DNA of 64,000 nucleotides from an uncultured delta proteobacterium (GCA_963842085.1 CAWJET010000002.1:1-64000); one strand, 5' to 3'. Shown: positions 47,970 through 58,176, counted from the stretch's first letter. The notes: generated by a model from the sequence alone, not told the origin. Translations and numbers: made by a program.

Positions 47970-48518
47970 ATGAAGCAGCAGACCACTAGCAACACCAGCA
48001 AGGGCCTCGCCCGCAGCCTCGACCGCCGCGGCACACGTTCCGACATGAGCCCGCCGGTCGCACAGAAAGGGCGCGCACCCGAAGATCCGTCCGTCTGCGA
48101 CATCTGTGGCAGCGTCTATACAGCCAAGACCTGGCGGCGCGACCGGCCACTGCCGGCGAAACTCCTGAACGCGGCGGCATGGACGATTTGCCCGGCGTGC
48201 AAGCAAGCGAAGAGTGGCAGGTACTTCGGGCGCGTACTGGTGCGCGGTTCGAGTGCCCTTTCAAACCTGGAGGCGATTCGCGCGCGGATTGCCAACGTCG
48301 AGCGGCGCGCCGAATTCACGCAGCCCGAGCGGCGCATTATCGCCAGCAACTGGAACGGGGAAACGCTCGAGGTGCTGACCACGTCGCAAAAGCTGGCGCA
48401 TCGGATTGCCCGCGAACTGCAGAAGGCGTTCGGCGGACGCGCGCGTTACACCTGGTCCGAGCACGACGGCGCGCTGACCGCCGTCTGGCAGAGCGAGACG
48501 GGTCTTACCGGCGCGTGA
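47970..48518 (+). CDS. BCAM0308-family (NMD3-like) Zn-binding protein
   Basis: VCDICGSVY...W, ICPAC, TTSQKLAHRI..EL.KAFGG. Confidence 0.75.
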   Translation: MKQQTTSNTSKGLARSLDRRGTRSDMSPPVAQKGRAPEDPSVCDICGSVYTAKTWRRDRPLPAKLLNAAAWTICPACKQAKSGRYFGRVLVRGSSALSNLEAIRARIANVERRAEFTQPERRIIASNWNGETLEVLTTSQKLAHRIARELQKAFGGRARYTWSEHDGALTAVWQSETGLTGA

Positions 48519-50081
48519 TCATTCGATGCCGTACTTGGCGATCTTGGCGTAGAGCTTTTTGCGCGAGATCTTGAGCAGCTTGGCGGCTTGGAGCTTGTTG
48601 CCCTCGGTCGCCTCGAGCGCGCCGCGGATAAGGTCTTGTTCGGCATCGGCGAAACTGCCCACCGGAATTCTTCTGCCGATGGGCGCGCTTTGGCCCGCGC
48701 TCAAACCGGAGATCGACGCCGGCAGGTCCGGCAATCGGATCACGGGCGAGCGGCTGAAGGTGAATGCGGTCTCGATCGCATTGGCAAGTTCGCGGACGTT
48801 GCCCGGCCACGAATAGCGCCGCATCGCTTCGAGCGCTTCGTTTTCGATCCCGGTGACGGGGACCGCCCGCATCTGCCGCGCGTTGAACAGCTCGATGAAA
48901 TGTTCGACCAGCAGCGCCACGTCCTCGGCGCGCTCCCGCAGCGGCGGTATGTGAATGACGCCCGCCTGGAGACGGTAGTAGAGGTCGTCGCGAAGCCGCC
49001 CCGCCTCGACCGCTTCCTGCGGCTCGCGGTTGGTCGAGGCGATCAGGCGCACGTCCACCGCAATCTCTTTGGTCGAGCCTACCGGACGCACCGTGCGCTC
49101 CTGCAGAGCGCGCAGCAGCTTGCTCTGCGTATCGGCGCTCATCTCCGTTACTTCGTCGAGGAACAGAGTCCCGCCCTCAGCCGCGCGGAACAGCCCCAGG
49201 TACTCGGTGTTCGCTCCGCTGAATGCGCCGCGCTTGTATCCGAACAGCTCGCTCTCGATCAGGTCCCTCGGTATAGCCGCGCAGTTGAGCGCGACGAACG
49301 GCGCCGCCGGTTGCGGGCCGCATTCGTGAATGGCGTGCGCCACCAGTTCCTTGCCCGTGCCGCTTTCGCCGACAATTAGAATCGTGCCGCGCGTGGCGCC
49401 TGCCGATTCCACCCGGTCGTACAACTGCCGCATTGCCGCACTGGCGCCGACCAGGCCATGGAAACGGCTGCGGGATTGATTTGGCATCCCGCCGGCCTCG
49501 CGTTCGAGCGCCAGGATTCGCGCTCCGGAGACGGCGGTCTTCGACCGGAAATAGGTATCTGCGAGCACGATCATTCGTATGTGGCTCAGTTTGTCGAACG
49601 AGTGGTAGGTCCGTGGCATCACCGGCGGAAACGATGGAAACGCGGTGGCCGCGCTCTCTTCGAACAGATGTATCGAGACGATCAGCTCTGAGAAGGGGAC
49701 GCCGCGCTCGGCGAGATCCTCCGCAACTCGGGCGATGTCGGCGGCGAAGCGGTCCATGTCTTTGTCGAGCAGATCCTTCAGCGTGGCATCGAGCTCGCCG
49801 CCGAAGATCGCCATGAATTCCACCCTGGTCAGCGCGCGTGTGTCGGCAAAGTGCAGCACGTAGAGCTGGTACCAGTGTTCCAGCACGCGGTCGCGATTTT
49901 TCTGGACGGACTCCAGGACCGGACGAAGGTCGTCGAGCTCCGCGTCCCACAGTAAGTGAAAATAGCGGGGCGTTCCGCTTGGCAGTGAAGCAGGAGGCGC
50001 TGAGGTGGTGTTGGGTTTCATTCCTTGAGGATTGGCTCGAAAGGCGTCAGTCGTGTGAAAAACCGCTACATGCGGGGACAA
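48519..50081 (-). CDS. Sigma54-dependent activator with N-terminal globin/RsbR-N-like helical domain
   Basis: [27 protein letters not shown], Fis HTH. Confidence 0.9.
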   Translation of the reverse strand: MSPHVAVFHTTDAFRANPQGMKPNTTSAPPASLPSGTPRYFHLLWDAELDDLRPVLESVQKNRDRVLEHWYQLYVLHFADTRALTRVEFMAIFGGELDATLKDLLDKDMDRFAADIARVAEDLAERGVPFSELIVSIHLFEESAATAFPSFPPVMPRTYHSFDKLSHIRMIVLADTYFRSKTAVSGARILALEREAGGMPNQSRSRFHGLVGASAAMRQLYDRVESAGATRGTILIVGESGTGKELVAHAIHECGPQPAAPFVALNCAAIPRDLIESELFGYKRGAFSGANTEYLGLFRAAEGGTLFLDEVTEMSADTQSKLLRALQERTVRPVGSTKEIAVDVRLIASTNREPQEAVEAGRLRDDLYYRLQAGVIHIPPLRERAEDVALLVEHFIELFNARQMRAVPVTGIENEALEAMRRYSWPGNVRELANAIETAFTFSRSPVIRLPDLPASISGLSAGQSAPIGRRIPVGSFADAEQDLIRGALEATEGNKLQAAKLLKISRKKLYAKIAKYGIE

Positions 50082-50155
50082 ACCTCTTTAACATATGTTC
50101 CCCCGAAAACCAAAATTGCGTGTATTTCAGCGGCGTTTCGGCGGAACAGCTGCGC

Positions 50156-50171
50156 TGGCATGCTTCAAGCA
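50156..50171 (+). promoter_or_regulatory. Possible sigma54 promoter
   Basis: TGGCATGCTTCAAGCA (GG-N10-GC). Confidence 0.5.
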
Positions 50172-50207
50172 ATAACCAAGCTCAGATTGCCGAATAGCGT
50201 GGAATCA

Positions 50208-50693
50208 ATGCTTGAGCCGTACAATCAGCTTAAACCGGGACCAGACCGCCGCGGCAGAGGAAGCCGCAATTTCGCTCCTCGGGTGGCGCTTGCGCAAGCG
50301 GCGGACTCGGCTGGAACCGGCGCCGGCCCGCGGGTTATAGCGGTTTTTTCGCGCGACCAATCGATCGTTCGGATGATCGCCGAGGCGCTGAACGATTCGT
50401 GGGTCATGGTCAACTTTACCAATCCGCAGGAGGCGCGCGCCTCGCTGCTGAAGCCGGGCATCAAGATAGTCGTAATCGACGACGAGGTGCTCGAGGAATC
50501 CAGCCGTGGCTGGCTGCTCGACCAGGTGCGGAAGTGGGCGCCCCACGCACTTGTCGCCTACATCGCGGCGATTCACAGTCACGCCACGGAGCGGCGCGCG
50601 CGTAGATATCGCGTCCAGTACTACACCTCGAAACCGATGGATCGAGAACGCACTCTCAGGGTCTTGCATTCGTTCGAGCGCGCGGCCCGTTAG
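50208..50693 (+). CDS. Atypical receiver-like protein
   Basis: IVVIDD, YYTSKP; flavodoxin-like pattern. Confidence 0.55.
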   Translation: MLEPYNQLKPGPDRRGRGSRNFAPRVALAQAADSAGTGAGPRVIAVFSRDQSIVRMIAEALNDSWVMVNFTNPQEARASLLKPGIKIVVIDDEVLEESSRGWLLDQVRKWAPHALVAYIAAIHSHATERRARRYRVQYYTSKPMDRERTLRVLHSFERAAR

Positions 50694-50707
50694 CCGCCAG
50701 GCGTGCG

Positions 50708-51202
50708 CTACTTCTGCTGCAGGCTCTCGACGTATCGCGCCATAGACTCGATTCTTCGTTTCACTGCGGCATTGCTTTCCGGAGTGAACTCCTCGCCCGG
50801 TTTTTGCAGGGTTGTCCCCAGGAAGGGCATCTGGATGCGCTCGTGAGACGGAACAACTTTGCGGCCGTCGATCGTATCCACGACCTCCTGGAAAGGAAAC
50901 TTGCCGCCATTTTCCCTGGTCAGCAGAGTAAGGTCGGACGGTGGCGGAGTCATTGGAATGGTCGAGACTGAGGGGCCGTTACCTTTGCCGTCGGGCCCGT
51001 GGCATTCGGCGCAGTAACTATCGTAATCCTGCTTTCCGGACTGAGCTACGGCAGGCCCGGCGGTAAGCGCGAGCGCTACCATCAGCAGCAGCAATGCGGT
51101 CGCCCTCTGCATAGTGAGCACTATGCCGACCAGGGGAATCGCGATGCCATCATGTTGATTTGTCACTGTGCGGGTCCTTCGTAGTGATTCCGTTGGCGCC
51201 AT
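50708..51202 (-). CDS. Monoheme cytochrome c
   Basis: CAECHG.DGKGNGP, IDGR, MP; paralogue of 44190-44615. Confidence 0.88.
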   Translation of the reverse strand: MAPTESLRRTRTVTNQHDGIAIPLVGIVLTMQRATALLLLMVALALTAGPAVAQSGKQDYDSYCAECHGPDGKGNGPSVSTIPMTPPPSDLTLLTRENGGKFPFQEVVDTIDGRKVVPSHERIQMPFLGTTLQKPGEEFTPESNAAVKRRIESMARYVESLQQK

Positions 51203-51243
51203 GACTGGAGCGATCGGCTACATGGTGCGCCAGTTCGCGAGCG

Positions 51244-51732
51244 TCACTGGATGACGCGAATGGTTGGCGTCGCCACCGGCTTCGGAGTTGACCGGATATG
51301 CTCGAATACGGTCTTGTTGGCGGTGGCTAGTTGACCCACGGCGGCCAGGATTCTATCCGACATCTCGCCGGTGGCGTCCTTGCCGACTCTAAACACGGAA
51401 GAATCTTCGTACACTTCGCCCGGCAGTCGGTCGGCATAGATGGTGAACGCGACCGACACCGCAGACATTGTGCCAGTGAGCTTGCTGTCGATGCCCGGAA
51501 GTCCCGTGAACAAATCCATGCACCAGAGATGCACTCCGATGCCGTATTTGTCGGTGTGATCGACGAGCATATATGCGGTCGAGTCTTTGACTTTGTCCTT
51601 GAAGGCGGAGCAAAAGTCTCCGCCGACCTGATCGGAGCAGTGACAATCGACGAAGACGCTCAAACGGTTGTCGTTTTCGTTGCCGGCCGCCCGGCCATTT
51701 GTGGGCGAGACAAGCAGCAGCAGGGCCAGCAT
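51244..51732 (-). CDS. Exported hypothetical protein
   Basis: Signal-like N-terminus, four Cys. Confidence 0.5.
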   Translation of the reverse strand: MLALLLLVSPTNGRAAGNENDNRLSVFVDCHCSDQVGGDFCSAFKDKVKDSTAYMLVDHTDKYGIGVHLWCMDLFTGLPGIDSKLTGTMSAVSVAFTIYADRLPGEVYEDSSVFRVGKDATGEMSDRILAAVGQLATANKTVFEHIRSTPKPVATPTIRVIQ

Positions 51733-51890
51733 TCCTAGCGAGGCTGCGAGATTCGTTTTCAAAGTAAGTGGCAGGGTAGCGGAGTGACGGCGATCCGGGC
51801 AAATGCTTCGTTTCACGCATCGCGACATCGCTCTCGCCGCATGATAGCATTTCAGGGTTATTTTGAACGAGGGAGTTTGAACATTATCCG

Positions 51891-52979
51891 ATGTTATTGA
51901 ATATGAGTGACGCAGGGCGCCGCCCTCAATCCGTGCGGCGTGTCGTTTTCGTTGTTGCCGCCGTCGCATTTGTGTTCGCAATCACCTCCGTGCCTCACGC
52001 ATGGGCCGACGATCCCAACGCGGTTGTCGCCACCGTCGGCGATCATAAGATCAGCGAGAAGGACCTCGATGCGAAGGTCAAACCGCAGCTCGAGCAGATG
52101 CGTGCGGCGCTCGAGAAGCGCGTCGATCAACTGATCGCCGATAAGACCTTCGATCTCAGGCGCCAGACGCTCGAGTCGATGACCGATGACTATCTGATCG
52201 AGCAGGCCGCCCAGCGCGACAAGCTGAGCGTCAATGACTACCTCAAGCAAGAGTACTCCGGCAAATCGGCGGTGACCGAAGCCGCCGCGAAGAAGTTTTA
52301 CGATCAGAACAAGGGCGCCGGTACCGCGCCGTTCGACCAGATCAAGCCGCAGCTGATGCAGATGTTGAACCGCCAGGCGCTGCTCCAACGCCTGCGCAAG
52401 GATGAGCCGGTCAAGATTTTGCTCGAGCCTCAGCGCGTAGCGGTGAACAGCAGCGGGCATCCGGTGCTCGGCGCCAAGGATGCGCCCGTCACCATCGTCG
52501 AGTTCACCGACTTCCAGTGTCCGTTTTGCAAGGCGACCGAAGCCACTCTGAAGCAGTTGCGCGAGAAATATGGCGACAAGATTCGCCTCGTGCATATGGA
52601 CTTCCCACTGCCGTTCCATTCGCATGCGCTTGACGCCGCGAAGGCCGCGCGATGCGCCAACGAGCAGGGCAAGTTCTGGCCCTACCGCGACGCGCTGTTC
52701 GCCAATCAAGGCAAGCTGGCGCCCGCCGACCTGAAGGCTACGGCCAAGACGCTCGGCATGAATACCACTGAGTTCGACGCGTGCTTTGACAAGGCGAAGT
52801 ACGACAGCCAGATCAAGAGCGATCAGGCTGCCGGCGAGAAAGCCGGCGTGGACGGGACCCCGGCGTTCTTCATTGATGGCCGGCCTCTGACCGGGGCGCA
52901 GCCCATTCCCAAGTTCGAAGAGCTGATCAACGACGAGCTGGCTAACGGCGGCGCCACCAAGCAGGCGTCGGCACGTTAG
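51891..52979 (+). CDS. DsbA/thioredoxin-4 family protein with SurA-like N-terminal region
   Basis: APVTIVEFTDFQCPFC, DFPLPFH, GVDGTPAFFIDG. Confidence 0.9.
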   Translation: MLLNMSDAGRRPQSVRRVVFVVAAVAFVFAITSVPHAWADDPNAVVATVGDHKISEKDLDAKVKPQLEQMRAALEKRVDQLIADKTFDLRRQTLESMTDDYLIEQAAQRDKLSVNDYLKQEYSGKSAVTEAAAKKFYDQNKGAGTAPFDQIKPQLMQMLNRQALLQRLRKDEPVKILLEPQRVAVNSSGHPVLGAKDAPVTIVEFTDFQCPFCKATEATLKQLREKYGDKIRLVHMDFPLPFHSHALDAAKAARCANEQGKFWPYRDALFANQGKLAPADLKATAKTLGMNTTEFDACFDKAKYDSQIKSDQAAGEKAGVDGTPAFFIDGRPLTGAQPIPKFEELINDELANGGATKQASAR

Positions 52980-53009
52980 ATTTTTCTCGACCTGCAGTTA
53001 CTTATGTTT

Positions 53010-53047
53010 TCCGGCGCCGACTTCGAGCCGGCGCCGGATTTTCTTTT
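53010..53047 (+). terminator. Rho-independent terminator
   Basis: TCCGGCGCCG-loop-CGGCGCCGGA followed by TTTTCTTTT. Confidence 0.8.
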
Positions 53048-53178
53048 GGCGTGCGCAGGGCCAAAATGACCCGCGCTTCCAACTTAAACGATGGTCGGCT
53101 TGCCTTCCTCAGTCGTTTAACCTTAAATTCATTCAGCATTGATCAATTTATTGGGAGGCCGGTGGGTTCATCGATTTT

Positions 53179-53619
53179 ATGGCGATTAGCTTTCCTTCGA
53201 CCGAATATTTCGAGGCGCTTAAGGCGCAGATGGCCGCGAACGAGGAAAAGTTCCGGCGCTTGGGGTTTATCGACACGACCTTCGGCGTCAGCGTCGGCCT
53301 CAACGGCAAGGCGCGCAACTTCGTGCTCGAGTTCGAGGTCTTCGACCTCAAGAACATCAGCGAAGTGCCGGCGATCGATCTCAAGAAAGTCGACTTCAAG
53401 ATCGAGGGCGACTCGCGCGTGTGGCGCGAGATGATCGAGAACATCCGGCGCAACGGCGAGGCGGATTCCTCGCACGACATCAATACGCTGGCGCATTTCG
53501 GCGAGCGTCTGAAGATTGTCTATGACGATCCCGACGGTCACGACAAACTTTACCGGTTCATGGAATCGATCCAGGAATTTTTTGACCTGTCGAGCAAGCT
53601 CGAAGTGAGTTTCAACTAG
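53179..53619 (+). CDS. SCP2-like (sterol-carrier fold) small protein
   Basis: FPSTEYFEAL, DFKIEG....W..MI pattern; first gene of a three-gene run. Confidence 0.55.
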   Translation: MAISFPSTEYFEALKAQMAANEEKFRRLGFIDTTFGVSVGLNGKARNFVLEFEVFDLKNISEVPAIDLKKVDFKIEGDSRVWREMIENIRRNGEADSSHDINTLAHFGERLKIVYDDPDGHDKLYRFMESIQEFFDLSSKLEVSFN

Positions 53620-53641
53620 CAAGCGCGGAGGCGCGGCGACG

Positions 53642-54787
53642 ATGGCATACCTTTCGACCACGGATTTCAGCCAGGACAAGGACTTCATCGACAAGTGGCT
53701 CTATACGATAAGGACCGGCGAGATGGACCTGTCGTGGATGAAGTCGGCGACCGAGAAAGTAAGTCCCGAAGAAGCCAACCCGCGCCGCGGGTTGACCTAT
53801 CGCGATCTTAACCTCGGAACCTATGGCTACACCGACATACCCGAAAAGGTCCGCTCGAATCGATCCTATGCGCCGCGCGGCGCCGAGATTCCCGAGGGCG
53901 TGCCCGATGCGCAGCCGTGGGTCTCGCGCAAGAGCGAGCTATGGGCGTTCAACACCGAGAGCTATTACGAGGAAGCGGTGTCGCGCCAGTGGAATGCTAC
54001 CACCGACATTCCGTGGGACCGCCTGGACGGGGTCGAGCTGCCCGAGGTGACGGGCAAGGCGCTGTCGCAGTTGATGACGTTTCTGACCGAAGTGGAAATG
54101 ATCGCGACCGACACGCCGGCGATGTGGCTGCCGCGGCTGAATCCCGACTTTATCGAGGTGCGCTCCTTTATCGCGGCGCAGGCGATGGACGAGGCGCGTC
54201 ACGCGGAGGTGTTCCGCAAGCGCGCGCTCACCACCGGCTGGGGCCTGATGCAGGCGAGCCCGATCAACGAGATGGCGCTGAAGCATCTGCGCGACGCCGA
54301 TTCGTTCAGCGAGATGTCGGTGGCGCTGCACCTGGTGGCGGAGGGCAACGTGCTGACGCTGTTCCGCTTCAGCGAATACCTGTCGCCGACCGATGTTGAC
54401 AAGAAAATTTTCAGGCTCGTGATGCAGGACGAAGCGCGGCACGTCGGCTACGGCATGCAGCATTTCAAATACGTGCTCGAGCACTTTCCCGAGAAGCGCG
54501 AAGTGCTGCACGCGCATCTGGACGAAGCCGAAAACATTTCGTTTGCCGGCGCGGCCGCGACCGAACTGACCGAGGCGTTTATTATTCTGGCCGGCGGCGG
54601 GCTCAAGAAGGAAAATATCGAACAAGGCATTCGCGTCACTACCCAGTTCAATCTCAAGCAGATGCAGGAGCATTTCGAGCGCCTGGATAAGTGCGGGATG
54701 CCGGAGCGCCGGGAGCGTTCGAAGCTCTTTATGATGTACGAGATGGGACGCGCCGCGGCCGAAGCTGCGGGAATCAAGCTGAACTAG
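53642..54787 (+). CDS. Ferritin-like diiron protein with intact ligands
   Basis: EVE...DEARH...AEG...DEARH. Confidence 0.85.
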   Translation: MAYLSTTDFSQDKDFIDKWLYTIRTGEMDLSWMKSATEKVSPEEANPRRGLTYRDLNLGTYGYTDIPEKVRSNRSYAPRGAEIPEGVPDAQPWVSRKSELWAFNTESYYEEAVSRQWNATTDIPWDRLDGVELPEVTGKALSQLMTFLTEVEMIATDTPAMWLPRLNPDFIEVRSFIAAQAMDEARHAEVFRKRALTTGWGLMQASPINEMALKHLRDADSFSEMSVALHLVAEGNVLTLFRFSEYLSPTDVDKKIFRLVMQDEARHVGYGMQHFKYVLEHFPEKREVLHAHLDEAENISFAGAAATELTEAFIILAGGGLKKENIEQGIRVTTQFNLKQMQEHFERLDKCGMPERRERSKLFMMYEMGRAAAEAAGIKLN

Positions 54788-54797
54788 ATCTTTGACT

Positions 54798-54838
54798 CCG
54801 GTTCCCCTTCCCGCGTGGGAAAGGGTCAGGGGTTAGGC
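54798..54838. repeat. REP-like hairpin element
   Basis: ccccttcccgcgtgggaaagggtcaggggttagg resembles the common CCCCTCTCCC..GGGAGAGGG intergenic repeat. Confidence 0.4.
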
Positions 54839-54887
54839 TAGCCAGACCTGCAGCGCATTCTGAGGAAGTTCTAACGAGGCAGCTTAA

Positions 54888-56003
54888 GTGGCATTTTACG
54901 CTGACAAGGATTACACAGTCGATGAGACGGTCCTCCAAGCCGCGCAGAAGGTGATGGAGGGGCACTTGGGCCTGCATTGGTACGATGCCAAGACCGAACA
55001 CATAGCGGGGCACGCGTCGGACCCAAAGCGGGGACTTACCTACCAGGACCTCGACATCGGCAGCTACGGCTACACCAGCATTCCTGAGGACGTCCGCACC
55101 AGCCAGTCGATGGTGTCGCGCGGGAGTGAGAAGGTCGGCAAGCTGCCCGACATGGGCTACGTCGTGAATCGCAAATCGGATGTATGGTCCGACAACGTCG
55201 CCGAGCTTTACGAAGAGGACAAGGCTCGGCGATGGGTCCCGGCGATCGACATCCCATGGACCGAACTGCATGCGCATCCGCTGGCGCCCGAACTCGAGAA
55301 GGCGTGCGCGCAGCTATACACGTTTCTGCAGGAATGCCAGATCGTGTCGATGGACTTCCCCTCGAAGTGGGTGGCGCTGATCAACCAGGACTTCCTCGAG
55401 CTGAAGAGCTGGATGTGCGCGCAGATGCTCGACGCGTCGCGGCTGTTCGAGGTGTTTCGCAAGCGCGCGCTCTTCGGCGGGGCCGGACTCGGGCGCGCCA
55501 GTGCGACGGCGGAGCAGGGACTCAAGGAATGGCTGTGGGCGGATCAGTTTCCGCAGGGCTCCGTTTCGATCAACTTGTCGCTCGCGGGATTCCTGCTGGT
55601 CGTATATCGGCAGATCGCCGCATTTGCGCCGACTAACGTCGATCGCAGGATCATGCGCTACGCGATGCAGGACGCGGCACGGCAGACCGCGTATGGACTT
55701 GGACAACTGCGCTACCATTTGAAGCATCGCCCGCTCGAAGCGAGCGCGATTGAGGGCTATCTCGATCACACCGAGCACGCGCTGCTCGGACTGATTGGGA
55801 GTCCCGAACTGCTGGAGCCGATGATCATCGTCTGCGGCGGCGGACTCGAAAAGGCGCAGGTCGATAAGGGCCGCGTCGCGACCGCGAAGTTCATCAAGCT
55901 GGTCGTACGCGAGTACATGGAGCGAATCGCGGCGGCGGGCCTGGCAGGACACGCCAAGCGCAGCAAGATCCCCACCCTCGTAGATCGCATCGCCGCCGCA
56001 TAG
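54888..56003 (+). CDS. Ferritin-like paralogue with degenerate iron ligands
   Basis: Aligns to the upstream gene (RGLTY.DL..G.YGYT.IPE.VR, DIPW, EVFRKRAL) but has DASRL and DAARQ in place of DEARH. Confidence 0.8.
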   Translation: MAFYADKDYTVDETVLQAAQKVMEGHLGLHWYDAKTEHIAGHASDPKRGLTYQDLDIGSYGYTSIPEDVRTSQSMVSRGSEKVGKLPDMGYVVNRKSDVWSDNVAELYEEDKARRWVPAIDIPWTELHAHPLAPELEKACAQLYTFLQECQIVSMDFPSKWVALINQDFLELKSWMCAQMLDASRLFEVFRKRALFGGAGLGRASATAEQGLKEWLWADQFPQGSVSINLSLAGFLLVVYRQIAAFAPTNVDRRIMRYAMQDAARQTAYGLGQLRYHLKHRPLEASAIEGYLDHTEHALLGLIGSPELLEPMIIVCGGGLEKAQVDKGRVATAKFIKLVVREYMERIAAAGLAGHAKRSKIPTLVDRIAAA

Positions 56004-56073
56004 GTTTTCCCCTCTCTGTTTCTTCCCCTCTCCCTGCGATTGATCTCGACAGGGTTCTTAACAGTCGCGATGC

Positions 56074-58146
56074 GTGTTTTCTGGCTTATGCGCGACTGCT
56101 AAAGTCTTTGGCATGCCAAATCGTGGTTCTGTTATGATTGCCGGCGCGCCGGAGACGGCGGATTGTTCCCTTGGGGAGCAGACCGGCGCTCCCGACGACC
56201 CCGACCAACCTGGCCGCGGCTTTTTCGAGCGCCTCTTTGATCGCTTCGTTCCGCGAACTGCCCTGGCGCGCTTCCTCGGTTACGTGCGGCCGCATCTGTG
56301 GCTGGTGGCGGGCGGCTCCGTCATGGGCATCCTGAAATTCACGCTGCCGCTCGCGTTTCCGCTCGCCTTCAAATACGTGTTCGACGTTTTACTGGTTCCG
56401 GAGGCGCATCCTGAGCGTTTGAACTCGATGATCGACGGGTGGTGCCGCGCAATTGCCGCGACGCTGCATCTGGGCGTGGGCTCTGCTGCCAAGCTCGAAG
56501 CTTTGACCGTTGCGATGTTCGCGCTGTTCCTCGTCCAGGCGATCGCGACCTACTATCGCAATTACTGGGCGAGCATGGCGGGGCATCGCTTGATCTTCGA
56601 CCTGCGCTACGCGCTGTACAAGCACATGCAGCGCCTATCGCATTCGTTTTTCGATCGCACGACGTCGGGTGCAGTGGTCGCGCGGTTCATCTCCGACATC
56701 TCGATGGCGCAGAACTTCGTCGGCTCGGCGATGATCAACATCTGGATGGACGGCGTGTCGCTGGGTTTCGTGATTTGGCTGCTGTTCTCTCTGAACGTGC
56801 GGCTGGCGTGGATTTCGCTGATCATCGTTCCATTTTATGTCGCGGTGATCAGGATTCTGTCGCCGAAGATCAAGGAGACGAGTCACGACCTGCAGGAAGT
56901 GGTCGAGGAGTTTTCGGGCGAGTTGCAGGAGCGTGTCGCTGGCATCTCGACCGTCAAATCGTTCGCGCGCGAAGCCGACGAGGCGCGCCGGTTCCATCAG
57001 CGCACAACCGAAATGTACGACCTGACGATCGAGAGCGTGAAGCTTTCGTCAACCCATCAGATGTTCACCGAGTTCATCTCGCGCGGCGCTCCGCTGATCG
57101 TGATCTGGGCCGGCGCGCTGATGATCATGCACGGCAAAATGACCATCGGCACCGTGGTCGCGTTCTTCGGCCTTCTCCCAGCGCTCTACCTGCCGCTGCA
57201 GCGCTTCTCGGAGTTGTCGGTGATTGTGGCGACAGCCCTGGCGGCCATCGAGCGGATCTTCGCGTTCTTCGACGAGACGCCCGAGGTGCATGACCGGTCC
57301 GGCGCGTCAGCGCTGAAAGTGAAGCGCGGACTGGTCGAGATCGAGCATCTGCGCTTTGGCTACAAGCCGCTCGACGGCGGGCCGCTGCGCATCACGCTGG
57401 ACGACGTGAACCTTGCCGTGCCCGCAGGGACAACGGTGGCGCTGGTTGGGCGTTCGGGGGCCGGCAAGACCACGCTCGCCAGCCTGATTCCGCGATTTTA
57501 CGAGCTCGCCGCCGGCCGCATTCTGATCGACGGCACCGACATTTCGACGGTGACACTGAAGTCGTTGCGCGATTCGATCGGGATCGTGCCGCAGGACGCG
57601 ATCCTGTTCAGCGCGTCGATTCGCGAGAACGTGCAATACGGGCAGCCCGGCGCGCCCGATGGGAACATCTGGCGAGCGCTCGAGCAGGCCAACATCCGCG
57701 ACTTCGTCGAGTCGCTGCCCGACAGGCTCGACACGATGATAGGCGAGGGCGGAGTGCGGCCTTCGACCGGCCAGCGGCAGCGCCTGGCGCTCGCGCGCGT
57801 GTTTCTGAAAAACCCGCCGATTTTGATTCTCGACGAAGCGACGTCGGGACTCGACTCGGAAGTCGAAAACCTGATTCACGACGCGGTGCGCCGCCTGATG
57901 AAGGGACGGACGTCGTTCGTGATTGCGCATCGGCTCGCCAGCGCCGTCGATGCGGACGTGATCGTGGTGCTCGATCGCGGGAAGATCGTCGAGGTCGGCT
58001 CGCATGCGGAGCTGGTGAAGCGCGCCGGCGTCTATTCACAACTCTTCAACGAGCAGACTCGCAAGCTGCGCCTGACGCCCGAGCATATCGCGCGTGCGCC
58101 TGGCTCGTTGAGTCCTGCGCCGGTTGCAGAAGATCGTACTGACTAG
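56074..58146 (+). CDS. ABC exporter, fused permease/ATP-binding; start may be slightly downstream
   Basis: TM domain, GRSGAGKTT, VPQD, signature variant PSTGQ, ILDEATS, IAHRL. Confidence 0.93.
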   Translation: MFSGLCATAKVFGMPNRGSVMIAGAPETADCSLGEQTGAPDDPDQPGRGFFERLFDRFVPRTALARFLGYVRPHLWLVAGGSVMGILKFTLPLAFPLAFKYVFDVLLVPEAHPERLNSMIDGWCRAIAATLHLGVGSAAKLEALTVAMFALFLVQAIATYYRNYWASMAGHRLIFDLRYALYKHMQRLSHSFFDRTTSGAVVARFISDISMAQNFVGSAMINIWMDGVSLGFVIWLLFSLNVRLAWISLIIVPFYVAVIRILSPKIKETSHDLQEVVEEFSGELQERVAGISTVKSFAREADEARRFHQRTTEMYDLTIESVKLSSTHQMFTEFISRGAPLIVIWAGALMIMHGKMTIGTVVAFFGLLPALYLPLQRFSELSVIVATALAAIERIFAFFDETPEVHDRSGASALKVKRGLVEIEHLRFGYKPLDGGPLRITLDDVNLAVPAGTTVALVGRSGAGKTTLASLIPRFYELAAGRILIDGTDISTVTLKSLRDSIGIVPQDAILFSASIRENVQYGQPGAPDGNIWRALEQANIRDFVESLPDRLDTMIGEGGVRPSTGQRQRLALARVFLKNPPILILDEATSGLDSEVENLIHDAVRRLMKGRTSFVIAHRLASAVDADVIVVLDRGKIVEVGSHAELVKRAGVYSQLFNEQTRKLRLTPEHIARAPGSLSPAPVAEDRTD

Positions 58147-58176
58147 GAGTCGCGGACAGCGGGTTCGGCCCGGCGG

